From: Chrysomallon squamiferum | Taxonomy: Eukaryota > Animalia > Mollusca | Reading direction: 5' to 3' | NCBI GenBank assembly: GCA_012295275.1 | Contig: CM022671.1 | Location: 10,168,001-10,232,000, forward strand | Length of the DNA stretch: 64,000 bases | Shown here: positions 29,380 to 46,431 of the stretch, piece by piece | How positions within the stretch are numbered: position 1 is the stretch's first letter | Layout of the letters: each line of letters begins with the position of its first letter | Program-made: the position numbers and the translations under genes | Notes under the pieces: model-generated | What the model was told of the DNA's origin: nothing | Databases searched by the model: none | The model's input: the letters and a program-made list of their open reading frames with translations, nothing else

Positions 29380-31000
29380 GTTCCACCTGATCTCCTTTAT
29401 AAATGTGATAATTTAATAATTCTAGCTGTTTTGAAGGGTTATTCATTTATTTATTTATTATTTTTCTTCTTTTTTTTCTTTTATTATTATCTTTTTTCTG
29501 CTTTTATTATCTGATTTTGTTATTGTTTTTTTGTCTAATCTTTGGATAACATATCTGATTCAGGCTGTTTGCTATGTATTTTGGGCTTGTTTATTTTTTT
29601 TATTTATTTTTTTTTCTTTTATTTTGTTTTGTTGTTCTTTTTCTGTACTATTGTGCTTTTTTCTTCGTTTGTTTTGTTTTCTTTTAGTATCTGATTATTG
29701 TTGTTTGTTATTGTCTGTACCCTGCATTCCAATATATGGGTTTGGTTTTTATTTATTTTGCTTTTGTGTGTTTACAATATAGGATTCAGGTGTTTTTTCT
29801 GAGGAGGGTGGTTTTTTCAATTATTTTTTCCTTTTAGTATCTTTTATAAAAAAATGTTTAACTGTATCTGATTCTGGCATTTTTTTATTTTTTATTTATT
29901 ATTTTTCCTTCATAAATGGTCTGGCATCAGTACTACCTACTATTTAATAAAGCTGAACTGAAAAAAAAAAAAATAATAATTATAATAAAAAGAAAACATA
30001 TTAAAAGACTGTTTATTGTTGTTGGTTTTTGTTGTTGTTATTTTTATTTCTAAATCTTGCAAATTTTGGAAAGCCAAAAATATTATCTGCATCAAAGAAA
30101 TATAAATTAGATACATGGAAATTTATTAATTATTTATATGAAAACATATTTACCAACAGCATCTGTTCATCACAATTTAATTTCATTATGCTTATTCAAT
30201 AACTATATAAAACACTGTTTGACTTTTTATTATTATCTGTTGTTCTCGTTTTGTCCCGTTTTTATTGTCTATACACTGGATTATACTACCTGATTTAGGC
30301 TTTTATTAGCTTTGTGTTTGCTTTTATATTAATTTATTTTCATGTATATATTTTTCAGTGTGTTTGCTTGCTTGATAGTTTTAGTATCAGATTGTTTATT
30401 GTCTTTGTTTTTTTATTGTCAACACATTAAGTAACAGCATGTGATTCAGGGTGCAGATTACATATTTGGTTTTTTTTTTTTTTTTTTTTTTTTTTTTGTT
30501 ATTGTTTACACATTGGTTAACGGTGTCTATTTGACATTTTATAATATTTTGGGGTTATTATTTTATTATTTGTTTATTTATTTATATTTTTTTAATATTT
30601 TTAAAAATTATTATCTACTATGGATAATAGAATCTACTGCCAGATTTTTTAAAAATAAATTTGCCCCACATCTTTACTTTTTATATTTTTGCTCCCTTTT
30701 AGTATCTGATTCAGACCTATTGTTTTTGTTTTTAGTTAATTGATTATTGTTCTTTTTAAATGTCAAAAAACATTACATAACAATATGTGATTCAGGTTCT
30801 TTTGAGTCATTTTTTTCGTTGGTGGAGTTTGTTTTTGAGTTTTGTTTTGTTTTTCTTTCAGTATCTGTTGTTAATTTTTTATTTTCTACACACTGGATAA
30901 TGGCATCTGATTCATGCTTTATTTTGAGATGAGGCAATTTTTTTTTTTTTTTGTCTTCCTGATTTTCAATTTCTCTTTTCCTTTTATTTCTTTTATTTCT
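29380..31000. repeat. Degenerate T-rich array with recurring (g)tatctgattcagg motif (block C)
   Basis: Motif variants at about 29552, 29687, 29865, 30386, 30701, 30785 and 30903; the reverse complement (cctgaatcagatac) recurs at 62.8-63.6 kb. Confidence 0.75.
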
Positions 31001-31009
31001 CATTTTTTT

Positions 31010-35200
<4,191 letters not shown>

Positions 35201-36599
35201 GTTTTGTTAGGTGTTGTGATTTGATAAAAATACCTAAATTAGGATTTTTTAAAAATTAATATTTATGTTTTCTTTGGATTAAGGTGTATTATTGTTAAGT
35301 AATAAATAAAATGGAATAAAATTTCTAGTCAGATGATGACATTTTATGCCAGTAGGGTGATACTAACCTGATTTTCTTCACTTTTGTGATTTCCTTCTTG
35401 ATAGTTTGACATTTGTTCAAATCTCCTTTTATTTTCTCAATTGAGTTTTCTAGCTGAAGGTTACTGAAAACAGTAAATTATTTATTTATATAAACATTTG
35501 TTACACAAAATATTTGACATGAATAACTAATTATGTATTTTCTAATTTCACTGAGAATGTTAAAAAGAAAATTAGCAAACACAAAAATTAACACTGATAC
35601 AGGTGATTTCAATACATAAATGTATCTATTATTGTTATTTGAAATCTTGTTAATAATATGACAAAAGTTCCAACTACCTCTCTTTTCATAAATAGCATTT
35701 TCTCTAACATTACTAGTCTATTAATATGTTGTCACTCCCCTCAAATAGCGATATGTAGCAAACATGAAAACTGGCAATAAAATGGTCAACTCATCGATAC
35801 CCAGATACCACTTTTCCACGTAAAATTCATGTTTTTTCATTCTTTTTTCTTTTTGTTTCTTTTTTAATGACCATCTAAATCAATTAATTTTCCAGATATC
35901 ATGCAAAGTTTGAAGGTCATTCAAAAGATTGCACTGCTTTTTATATCTTATAAACTAAAAATCTAAACTGGCAGGATAACAATTTATATTCTGTTCTTTT
36001 GCCATTGTGTACAGTTCTAATCCTGATTTGACAAAAGACTCTCGCACTTTTCTGCCAACGCCATCCAATATTGCAGTTAATGCTATGGCTAGTGGCTGTG
36101 TCATCACATCAGTACCAAGGCTGGTGTTCACTTGCTGGAAAATCTGTTCAGATGCCTTCACCAAACTAGCCAATGAGATTTTTTATCTATGAACTTTTTG
36201 ACATTTGCACATGTGCACTTATTCCTTGCCCAAGTCATGAATACCATAATTAATGTGTTAATTGTTTAAAGATCGATGAAAATTTTATCATTGATTGTTG
36301 TTGTTCTTTGAAGGAAAACCCATCGAATAAAGCTATTTTAATTCTAGGTATCAAAACAATTCAAGCATCTGTGTTATTTGGCTGTGTTATTATTTCTATT
36401 TTCATGAAACTGTCCACCTTGAACTCCTAGCCCTAGGCCTATGGTCTTGTTGAAAGGTAGGCTCTTATGTGTGCATGTAGGAATGATCATTTTCAGGATT
36501 TGGTCAGATTTCTGTTTCTCAGGATTCAATGAATCAATTTCAGGTTTCAAAACAGGATCATGTCCAATTAGAATTCTAGATGCTGGTATTTATCTTGCA

Positions 36600-39090
36600 T
36601 GAATTAATTTCAGGACATTTTTTTTTATCAGTTATGACGACCATATATGCAAGTTTAAAGAGAATGATGGGATGGGATGATATGAAGCCACATTCAGGCT
36701 TGAACTGTCTACTGAAAATGAGACCAGGAAAGGGTTGGAAGACTTTCAGAAATCAAGCTTCACCACCTACAGACTGTCACACATGTAGCCAAATATAGCA
36801 GATAAGAATGAAAAGATAGAGTACAAGGTGGGTATAGGCAGTAGGACTAGGATCAATCTTTCTGTAGTTGACCATTTTGAAAATTGGTATCTTGTCAGTC
36901 TCTTGTCATGAAGCACAGAAATACCCAAATCTTAGAGCAGTTAAATAGAATGAAAATACTTTTCCAAACTTGATTAAAAAGAATTTGGATAGAATTTAAC
37001 AGGAAAATAATTTAGGCCATTGTTTTGGTTCCTTGTTACACTTTTCTTTCTATACTATTATTTACACTGTCAGTATAATATACTGCAAAGGGCAGCAAGT
37101 GCATAGGAACATAATGGCAAACAAGCATACTGACTGGAAAGCCAAGCTGTAGATTGAAAAATCCTATTCCAAAGGAAAGTGGAAAAAGAATCTGAAGTTA
37201 AAAACAGTTAGTTTCATTGACAAAAGAATTGTAGATATTTTTAATATTCTCAACTCGAAAATTTAGGTAAACTGGCAAGTGAGATTTATTAGTTTCCTGT
37301 TGAAATTCCACTATCTTACTTTTTTTTCAAAAACTAATCACATGGCAAGATAAAGATTGTCATAACTCCCTTATTTTTTGTTGAACTGAAATATTTTCAG
37401 TTTGGCTCAAAATAGGGGTTTGTAACCACATTGAGTCTATACACATCTACTCAGTTTGAAGTTTTGTCTTTTGATTTTTTAATTTAAAAAAGATGTACAT
37501 ACAGGCATGTGGCTGTGAAGATCAAATGTCACTGTGATAGGACAGAACAGCAGTAAAATATAATCATGCTAATGGTGCATTTTGCAACTTATTGTTCTAT
37601 GAATAGATCATAAATGTTTTTAGTAATTAAAAGTTTAAATATTTCAGAACAGCTGATCCACATCTGCCTGATCAACGTCTGGTTGCGATCCTGAACACAG
37701 TGGCATAGAGATGTCTCAAGGGAAGTGAAGGACAAACTACTGGATTTTTATAAAAATGAATATACTTTTAGTAGAGTATTTGCTAGTAGAGTACTGTGAT
37801 GAGAATGTTTTGAAGACTAGTGATAGAGCAATTTGCTACTGGTGTGTTCTACATTTCAAACAAAATATTTAAGACAAATTAGGATATTCCACAAAAACTC
37901 AATGAGAATTTCAATGATTTGCATCAAATGACAGGATAGCTGGTCAAATTATATACCCAATAATCTATGATGCATACTATATATTGTGCTGGAGGTGTAC
38001 CCCTCAGTGTTTTGATAACCTCAAGTGAGAACGCAGAGACTGTCACTCAAGCACTTCAGTTGTACAATTTTCTTCTTGATGAAACTTCGTATTTCAGTAG
38101 AAGGGCAGCTTTAGGCCCAGCAGTGTTAATGACAGACAGCAGTGCCTGAGAAAGACAAGTACTACAGAATGTTTACGCAGATGTTATTTTACTTGTGTGC
38201 ACCATCCACCTTGTGCAAGCCTTCTGGCATTTTCTATGGGATTCTAAAAATGCTCTGTAAAGAGTATATACATGAGCTCTTCTGTCTCTACTTAATGCGA
38301 TGGTATGCAGAGTCTATAGAAACACTTGATGCCAGATATACAGGCTGCAGGAAATGAAATACTGCTGAAGTTTGAAAGAGGGATCAAAGAATTGGACTAT
38401 CTACGAGTGCAGAACTTCCATCATTTAATCCTCCATATAAGAAAAACGACACTAATAACTTATACAGTGGATGTGTCAATTGGGACATGCATTTGCTGGA
38501 TTAGAAAAACAGCTATAATCAATAATAGTGACAGGTGCACACTGCAACATTTCTTGAGGAGCGTATTTTGGGGTGTGAAATGCTCCCTGTCATAATGATG
38601 GATTTAAAACTTGGGGATTATTCTTACAAGAATGCTGATGGTGCCCATACAAACAATGCATGAATAAAAAATGAAAGCCATTTTAGAATAATTATTGCAC
38701 TACCTATAAGTAAATCAGAAATAACATAAATAAATGCTCTTTTCTTTTAATTGCACATTTTAGGTGAACAAATCTAATGTTATACTCATTTTATATCATT
38801 TCAGTATCTAGCTGTCAGGAAGTATAGCATTTCTTCATGGAATTTCACTCCAGTCAATGATTCCACAATGATAAAACTTCTCTTCACTGGGAGTGCAACC
38901 CTGCTTCATGATCATTGGTTTACATCCATACATGCACCTGTATCACGACCCAATGAAGCAACTCATTCCAATGCCTCTCAACATGACATTAAGAAAGTTG
39001 AGGATGTAAGAGATCATGGCGAGGGCTCTGACATGGACATTTCTATCTCAGTTACCACTATGGATGTTGTTCTCCCTCAAAAACACCACT
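36600..39090 (+). mobile_element. Decayed Mutator-like (MULE) transposase with SWIM zinc finger, intron-containing
   Basis: Collinear peptides: YEATFRLELSTENETRKGLEDFQKSS (~36.7 kb); TADPHLPD..RDVSREVKDKLLDFY (~37.7 kb); AGGVPLSVLITSSENAETV..GPAVLMTDSSA*ERQVLQNVY..LLVCTIHLVQAFWHFLWDSKN (MULE core with MTD and CxxH motifs, 37990-38250); YTVDVSIGTCIC (SWIM); YSISSWNFTPVND..WF. Multiple stops, frameshifts and deletions. Confidence 0.8.
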
Positions 39091-40441
39091 AGATTCCCTC
39101 CATTTGCAGGAAAACCTACAGAATGACATTCTCCACTGAAATTGTGATCATCACCTCAATGCTCCACACTTTTCTACATCTTTCTGTTACCAGTCAAGAT
39201 ATTTTATCCATTTAAAATTAAATATTATCATGTAGAAAGACATTTATACATATTTAACTGAGAAATATTTATATCAAAATTTACTATAATCTACATATAT
39301 TCACAATATATGTCAGCCATAACTGATCAAAGCTGTTGTTATATATGATCATTCCCTGGATGGCTAACTCCCATCTGGTAGAATTCCCATTTCGTGGAAA
39401 GGCTAAATGTGGTTCAATGGTCTTATTTACATGCTTGGTTTTACCTCAGTCATTATAATGAACTGTTCCAGATTATTTGGAAAGCGATTATTATTGTATA
39501 AATACAGTAATATCTTGTTTAAGGATATCCCACTTTGACCAACCTTTTTCCTTTACAAATTATATAAATAGAAATTTAATAGTTAATTGCTCGAAATAAA
39601 TGATACAAATAGATACAATGCACGTTTTTAAGTCCGTTTTCTTTTGTTTTTCGTTCATTCACAAGCTTCTGTCAGCTGTGTTGATCAGATGACAGGTCAT
39701 ACGTGCATCTGATATTCTTTTCTCTTCTGCTACAATTCAGACTTAAACTTGTTTGTAATTTACCCTTCCAATATGTCAAAACGAATAACAGCATACTGGG
39801 AAATGCTGATGATAAAAAGAATGGGAAGACAATAACTTTAGAAACAAAATACATTATCTTAAATGAAACCAAAACCCACAAACATGAACCCTCAATGAGC
39901 AGAATATAATTCTTTCTTAATGTATTTGTATAAACTGATTTGTAAATGATTCAGTCATAGCCAAAGTATTTGCAGGTCATAGTATCTTTAGTGTACATAC
40001 TATTAATGTACTATGTCACATATATTGTATAATATGTGCACAATGTGAATATGTATGTGTGCATAACGTAAATATGTTGAGTAACATATGTCTTGAACGT
40101 GTTTAAGCTGAATATGGTTTAATTAGAACAGTTAATGATAAAAGTAACATATACATATTCTATTTAGTGAATATAAATGAATTACTCAAATGTAAAATAT
40201 GTTTTTTTTAAATTATATTGCTGAATAAAATTATATATTTATAAAAAATTTGTCGTTTTCTTTTACATAAGCAAGCCAGGAGAATTAACAAAAAAACATT
40301 GTGCCGCTTTTTTCTTTTCTTATATTTTTTTTTAATTTTTTTTAATACATAGATAAAATTGATGAAAAATTGTTTGCTATTGGTCAGTTGTTTTGTAACG
40401 GAAAGGAAACGTTTATGAATTACAAATGACCAGATTAAATG

Positions 40442-40491
<50 letters not shown>

Positions 40492-42041
40492 GAATAAGAA
40501 TATGAATAATAATAACAACAACAACAATAATAATTGTAATAATATTATAATAATAATAATAATGTTGATGATAATGATTATGATGATGATAATCAGGAGG
40601 AGGAAGATGATGTTGATAATAATGAAAAAGGAAAAAATCTACCACAAAAAAGAATGCTTATTTTGCTTTCGGTTGATGTTACATAACTGATTTAGGAACA
40701 ATGCACTCCACCTCTGATTGTTAGAAAGAAACCAGATGTATGTACCCGCCAAATTGATTATATACAGAGGTAATCAGGTATTGTGGTCGATGAGTTTTTT
40801 TCTACGAAATGGGAATTATATGAACCGGGAATTCTACCAGATGGGAAGACACCCCCTGGACAGTAATAGCAGTTTGTACACTGCCATGCTATGTTACAAG
40901 AATGCCAGAATGGGAAAACAGATTTAACCTGCAATGCCTGTACTGAGGATTCCCATCTGCAAAGAGCTAATGTCTCATCTGTCAGCATTACTTTACATCC
41001 CACTGGAGAGACACTGATCTAGCTGCCTGCCAAAACACATACTTTTCACTGTGCCTCTGACCAACAAGCACCAAGATTTCATAAAAATGGAAGTTAAATC
41101 AAAGCAGGATGTAGACAATTTTACAGCCGAGTTCTCTAAACTGAGACATTAAGAAGACTTTCTTGTAAACACTGGGAGATTGAAGAAAGATGTTCTGGAG
41201 AATAAGCTATAGAAAGAGTTCTTCCAAGACAACATAATAATCTATGATACAGTTAATTAACTGGGTCAGTGACATCTTGATTCAACTTACACACTTAAAA
41301 AAAATCTTCACTAAAAACTGAGGAAACTGCTTAATCTGAATACAAAGTAACATCTTACTTGGTTTTTCTTGGGTTTTCTTCTGTAACACATATAATATTA
41401 TCTACATTTTTCTCCAAAAATCAGGCCACTTTATCAACATATATTATGTTTTGATACAGTTATTTCAAGTTTACTGAATTAATGGATGGATGGAAGGATG
41501 CTATATAAGTACTTTATCAAGTGTGTGTTTGTGAGATGACTTAAACAATATGACCAGAATACTTTTCCAAAAAGTAAAATTGTAGTTTGTGTTACAGTAC
41601 ATAATAATTTATATAACTGGATCATTTCAGGAACAAAAATGGATGCAGTTTCTTCTTTAACTGATGATTTCTAATATACGATTAGAGTATCACACTTTAT
41701 ATTACTGTACTTTGACACTTAAACTAATGCTTTTTAAACCATTTCCATGTCATTTGAAATAAAGTCTTACATTCATCTGCAAATATCATTCACCACGTTA
41801 CAACAACAACAACACAGAAACTACATATACCTACAACAACAACAACAACAACAACAGCAACAGCAACAGCAACAACACAGAAACTGCATGTACCTAGAGG
41901 TTCAAAATGTAGTAGTATGTCATTTATATATATATTTATTTGTTTATTTAACTGAAAGTTCTGCATGTAACTGGATAAAAAAAAAAATTGATTCGAGAAA
42001 AAATGTCTGTTTATGTAGACCAAAAAACTGGTTCTACTAAC

Positions 42042-42146
42042 CTCTTTTACTTCAGGGTGCTTTCTTTTGGCTTTTGCTGATAATGTCCTTAAACCATTCT
42101 GTATCCTTTCCAATAATGTTTTTACTGCTGTTGCCATCATGATCAT
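42042..42146 (-). pseudogene. MON2: Orphan first coding exon of a MON2 homolog
   Basis: MATAVKTLLERIQNGLRTLSAKAKRKHPEVKE|gttagt matches the MON2 N-terminus (vertebrate [29 protein letters not shown]) and ends in a phase-0 donor. No downstream MON2 exon was recognised in the window. Confidence 0.75.
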
Positions 42147-42149
42147 ACA

Positions 42150-42520
42150 CCAGTATTCTATACTTTTTGACCAAGAAATATAGCGTGTGCCAATGTCGGT
42201 TTAAATCAAATTTTAATGTAAACAGAAATGTCCGCTTATGTTGAAAACGAAAACACTAGAAGTTAGAACTCTTGACTTGCTGTCAAAATACGGAATTACT
42301 CCGAAATTAAATAAAATTAATATAGTTCATTTGAAATTTACATTATATTACACGTGTTAAAATTTTCAGCTGGAGGCTGACATATTGGAGAAATAGCGAC
42401 ATCTAACAAGGGACATGACTCTGAAATGTTTAATAACGGAAATAAACCCCGACGAATCCATTCTATGCTCAACTTGTTAGTCAAATGAAACCAGGCATTG
42501 ATGACGGAAAAAATTTATAT
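42150..42520. promoter_or_regulatory. Probable promoter of the MON2 exon
   Basis: Immediately upstream of the start codon; CpGs are retained in contrast with the flanks; TAACGGAAAT (MYB/ETS-like core) at 42434. Confidence 0.4.
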
Positions 42521-42598
42521 TTAAAAACACTCGAACACATAAAATTCTAGTTGATATCTTATCTGTATAAGACAGTGTGGGAGTTTTATTTATTTATT

Positions 42599-42632
<34 letters not shown>

Positions 42633-44274
42633 CCGGGTTTTTTTTTTTTAGTGGCGTTTGTGTTTTTTTTTTTTTCGTTATTGTTTTCTTTCATCATTAT
42701 ATTTTTTAATTTTAATATTTTTTTAATTTTTAATTTTTAATTCTTTTAACGTGTACACATAATAATAATAATAAGAAAAATAATAATAATAATAATTTTA
42801 ATAATAATAATAATAATAATAATAATAGTAATAAGCTTATTTGTAAAATAACTTTCTTAAAGTGTTTCAATTCTGTTTGAGCCTAATGAAGTACATTTGT
42901 CGGTATTTTTGTACAAGTTAAACCTCTTCATTTCATTCATGTTTATTTACGATAATTTCTTCCGGATAACGATTACAAAAAAGAAGATATCTTATTGTGT
43001 AGTGCTGTTAATACCTGAAATAGTTTTATCAGTGAATGAGTGGATGAAGGTTGGATGGATAGACGGAAGAATGATTCACTTAATGAAGAAATAATAAAAA
43101 AAATCTATTAACATATATCGATAAACTAAGGTTCTCTATGCATCACAGCATAATAATTATTCAGTGTGATATGTATACGTTTTGCATAACGTTAACATGA
43201 GAAAGAGAAGAACACACACACACACAGACTCAGATATATATATATATATATACTGACCATATATTTGACTACCTTTCCCAAGTTTGGATAACAACGAATC
43301 CACGACTTTTTGTAAAGCAGTGGTGTGATACAGGCTTGAATGGAAAAATAGTCCAAAGAGCGCAGGGAAAAAGACTGATAATCTCTGATTTGGTGTCCTT
43401 GATGTAATTTTTAATGTATATTTTTAAACAATTAACAATGGCCAATTTGTAGTTTTGTCACTAAACAAATAGTCTTTTACAAAGATGGACATACGGACTG
43501 GTTTTGACAAAGGTAGCATAAAGATAGCATCACAGTAATATCAGATTTCTATGTAATGGTTACATTATTATTGTTGTTGTTAACATATATTAATAAAAAA
43601 AAAAAAAAAATTTAAAAAATTAAAAAACCAAATAGTTACGTATATTTGTTATTATTATTATGATTATTAATATTATTTTTTATTTATTTATTTATTTATT
43701 TATTAGTATTAAATTAAAATGTTTAACATCTCCCTTCTGAAACAAAATTATAAGCTTAATGTGTTCATTTTAACACGGAGAGAAATAAACGTTTGTGTAT
43801 ATTCATGCGTGTATATTTTGTGTGTGTGTGTTCGTGTGTGTTTTTGTGTGCATGTTTGTGTCTGCTGCTTTGTTTCTTTGTGTGGATGGGTTGGTTGGTA
43901 AGTGTGTTAAGGGATATATTTTGAAACAAATATTTTTCTTAGTCGTATCTTAGATTAATTCGTTTCCCGAATGAATGCCAGGACTGTCCATTTAATTTTG
44001 ATAAATTCTCGTCTGGAGTAGTTTCACTGTGCTATCTGCTCAACTTGTTCAATATCTGAGTTCTTCACACGACTTCGTAGATTCGAGGACATACAACTCA
44101 GAGTAAAAGAGGATATATATTATTCTGATTCTGACTATATGCCAGTCAAAGCTGCACGAATTATTCTCTGTAGTACACATTTTGAGAAACTCCAATTTAG
44201 AAATTCCGGTTGAGAATATTAATGTTATGAGACAGAAAAAGACAGTTGAATTTATTAAAGACGATATATCATAA

Positions 44275-44787
44275 ACATATCTCTATCTATCTCTCTGTGC
44301 CTATCTCTAGCTATCTCTATCTGTCTGTCAATCTCTCTATATCTCTGTACGTCTCTATATATCTATCTCTATCTCTCCCTCAATCTATCTCTCTCTTTCT
44401 CTATCTCTTCTTCTCTCTATCTATCTTTCATCTATCTATCTCTATCTCTATATATTTCCCCTATCTCTATCTCTCTCTATCTCTCTATCTCTCTCTATCT
44501 CTCTATAACTATCTTTCTATCTCTATCTCTCTCCACTTCTCTATATATCTATCTATCTCTATCTCTTAATATCTCATTCTCTATTTCTTTTTCTATAGTT
44601 CAATCTATCTCTCTCTTTTTCTATCTGTATCTCTCTATCTATCTGTCTATCTCTATCTATCTGTCGATCTACCTCTATCAATATATCTACCTATTCTATC
44701 TATCTATATCGCTCTGTGTATATCTATTTATGTCTGTCTATATTTGTCTATATTTATCTTTCTGTATCTATGTGTATCTGCACTATG

Positions 44788-44875
<88 letters not shown>
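44275..44875. repeat. (CTAT/CT)n compound microsatellite
   Basis: Degenerate ctat/ctct tract ending in a pure CT run. Confidence 0.95.
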
Positions 44876-44879
<4 letters not shown>

Positions 44880-45579
44880 GTTAATTGTCCAAATAAATCC
44901 GATCCAAATTCAGTGTCGAACGGGACTTGTTCAGCCCACCTACAGCTAGTGGGATGAGGTGGCGACCCGGGTCTACAGTGAGTTATTCGGCTGCCACAAA
45001 AATATTCGAAATTATTATGTCATATTTTAATAGTTAATTGCTGCTTGTAGGTTAGCATAAAATATAGATTGCTGAACTTTCAACTGACCACTGGGATGGA
45101 AAGTAGGCACAGGCAAGGCGGGGTGGCGGCAACCCTGGTTTGAAGCATGGAATGCGGTGGTCGCAGCTAGACAGTTTTATTTCGGTTAAGTTCAGATATC
45201 GGACATCGTCTAAGCTGTCCTTTTACAGATGGTGCTGCCAACAAATAATAAAGTTTTCATACAGAGTATCACTTACTCAGTCCCGTGCCTGAGAGCGCTC
45301 CTTCCCTCTATACAGTTCTATATAAAAATGTCTAGCTCAAACCAGCATTCCCTCGTGTTTCAATCTCTTCAAAATGGTTATTAATACTTGGTACAAAGCA
45401 ATGAGATTATTTGAACTTGAATCGTATTTTCTGCGTTGTATGATGATTGTTGTGTATATATAAAGCAGCTAGTACTAAAACTTTATCACTAATGTCATTT
45501 ACATCTTCAAATAGTCAAATAGAGAGTGACAGCAATGTTTAATAAAACTAATTTAAATAAATAAATAAATAATAAATAA

Positions 45580-45628
<49 letters not shown>

Positions 45629-46378
45629 AAGCAGGTATTCTTGAAAATACTAAGTGTATGAAATCTGGAGAGAGAGAAAAATAATGATTTTCATGGTTTT
45701 TAATGATTTTCTATACACTAAATAAAAAGTAAATACAACCTATCCTACCTGAAAAAAGTGTACCAGCATCTGTTATAATATAACTGAAAGTTTTGAAAGT
45801 GAATACAAAATATTTAGAATTTAGCTTAATAAATTCGTTAATGCTTCATTACATTATGTAAATTGTTATCTATTGTAAGTATTCTACTCTCTTTTATTTA
45901 CTCAAAATCAGATTTCAAATCAGAGCAAACCTATTATGCTGATGGTAATTTGTTACAGACATTATGCCTGCATTTTAATTCCGAGATATGTGTAGGTACA
46001 TCTATATCTCTTACAAGAGACATGTGTCTGATCTTGCAGAGCCTTCAAAATTGCATTTGAAATAATGATTCTTATTCTACTTTTCTTCTTCTTCTTATTA
46101 TTTTGTCTAAAAACAATTCCCCATCTGCCATTTAAAAGTAAAGCAAATAACATTAGAAACAATTTAAAAAAAATAAAAGTAAATGCAGTGATGTTGATGA
46201 ACTAGCATATCGAACTATTACTACAGAGAACACATTTTAAACAGCTGTCTCATTTACTTATTAACATAATATATTGCATTTTTGAATTTTTACTGGGAGA
46301 ATTCACAATCTAAGGGAAATAGCTCATGTTCATGCATCAGTAATGGAAAAAGTCTATAAAATGCACAAGTCAATAAAG

Positions 46379-46431
<53 letters not shown>

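Noticed and set aside
40208-40690. Poly-Tyr/His/Ile/Asn ORFs
   Set aside because: (AAT)n/(GAT)n microsatellite translations.
41790-42041. C-terminal 83 aa of the 118-aa MON2-containing ORF, and the opposite-strand poly-Q ORF
   Set aside because: Intron read-through and a (CAA/CAG)n repeat.
44020-44213. Frame containing CAIC...ARIILCSTHFEK, reminiscent of a THAP domain
   Set aside because: Only the CSxHF motif matches; the conserved Pro/Trp are absent and there is no start or splice support.
44910-45000. Possible hammerhead/HDV ribozyme or tRNA-derived SINE
   Set aside because: No CUGAnGA/GAAA core, no nested pseudoknot, and only a partial B-box-like GTTCGA on the minus strand.
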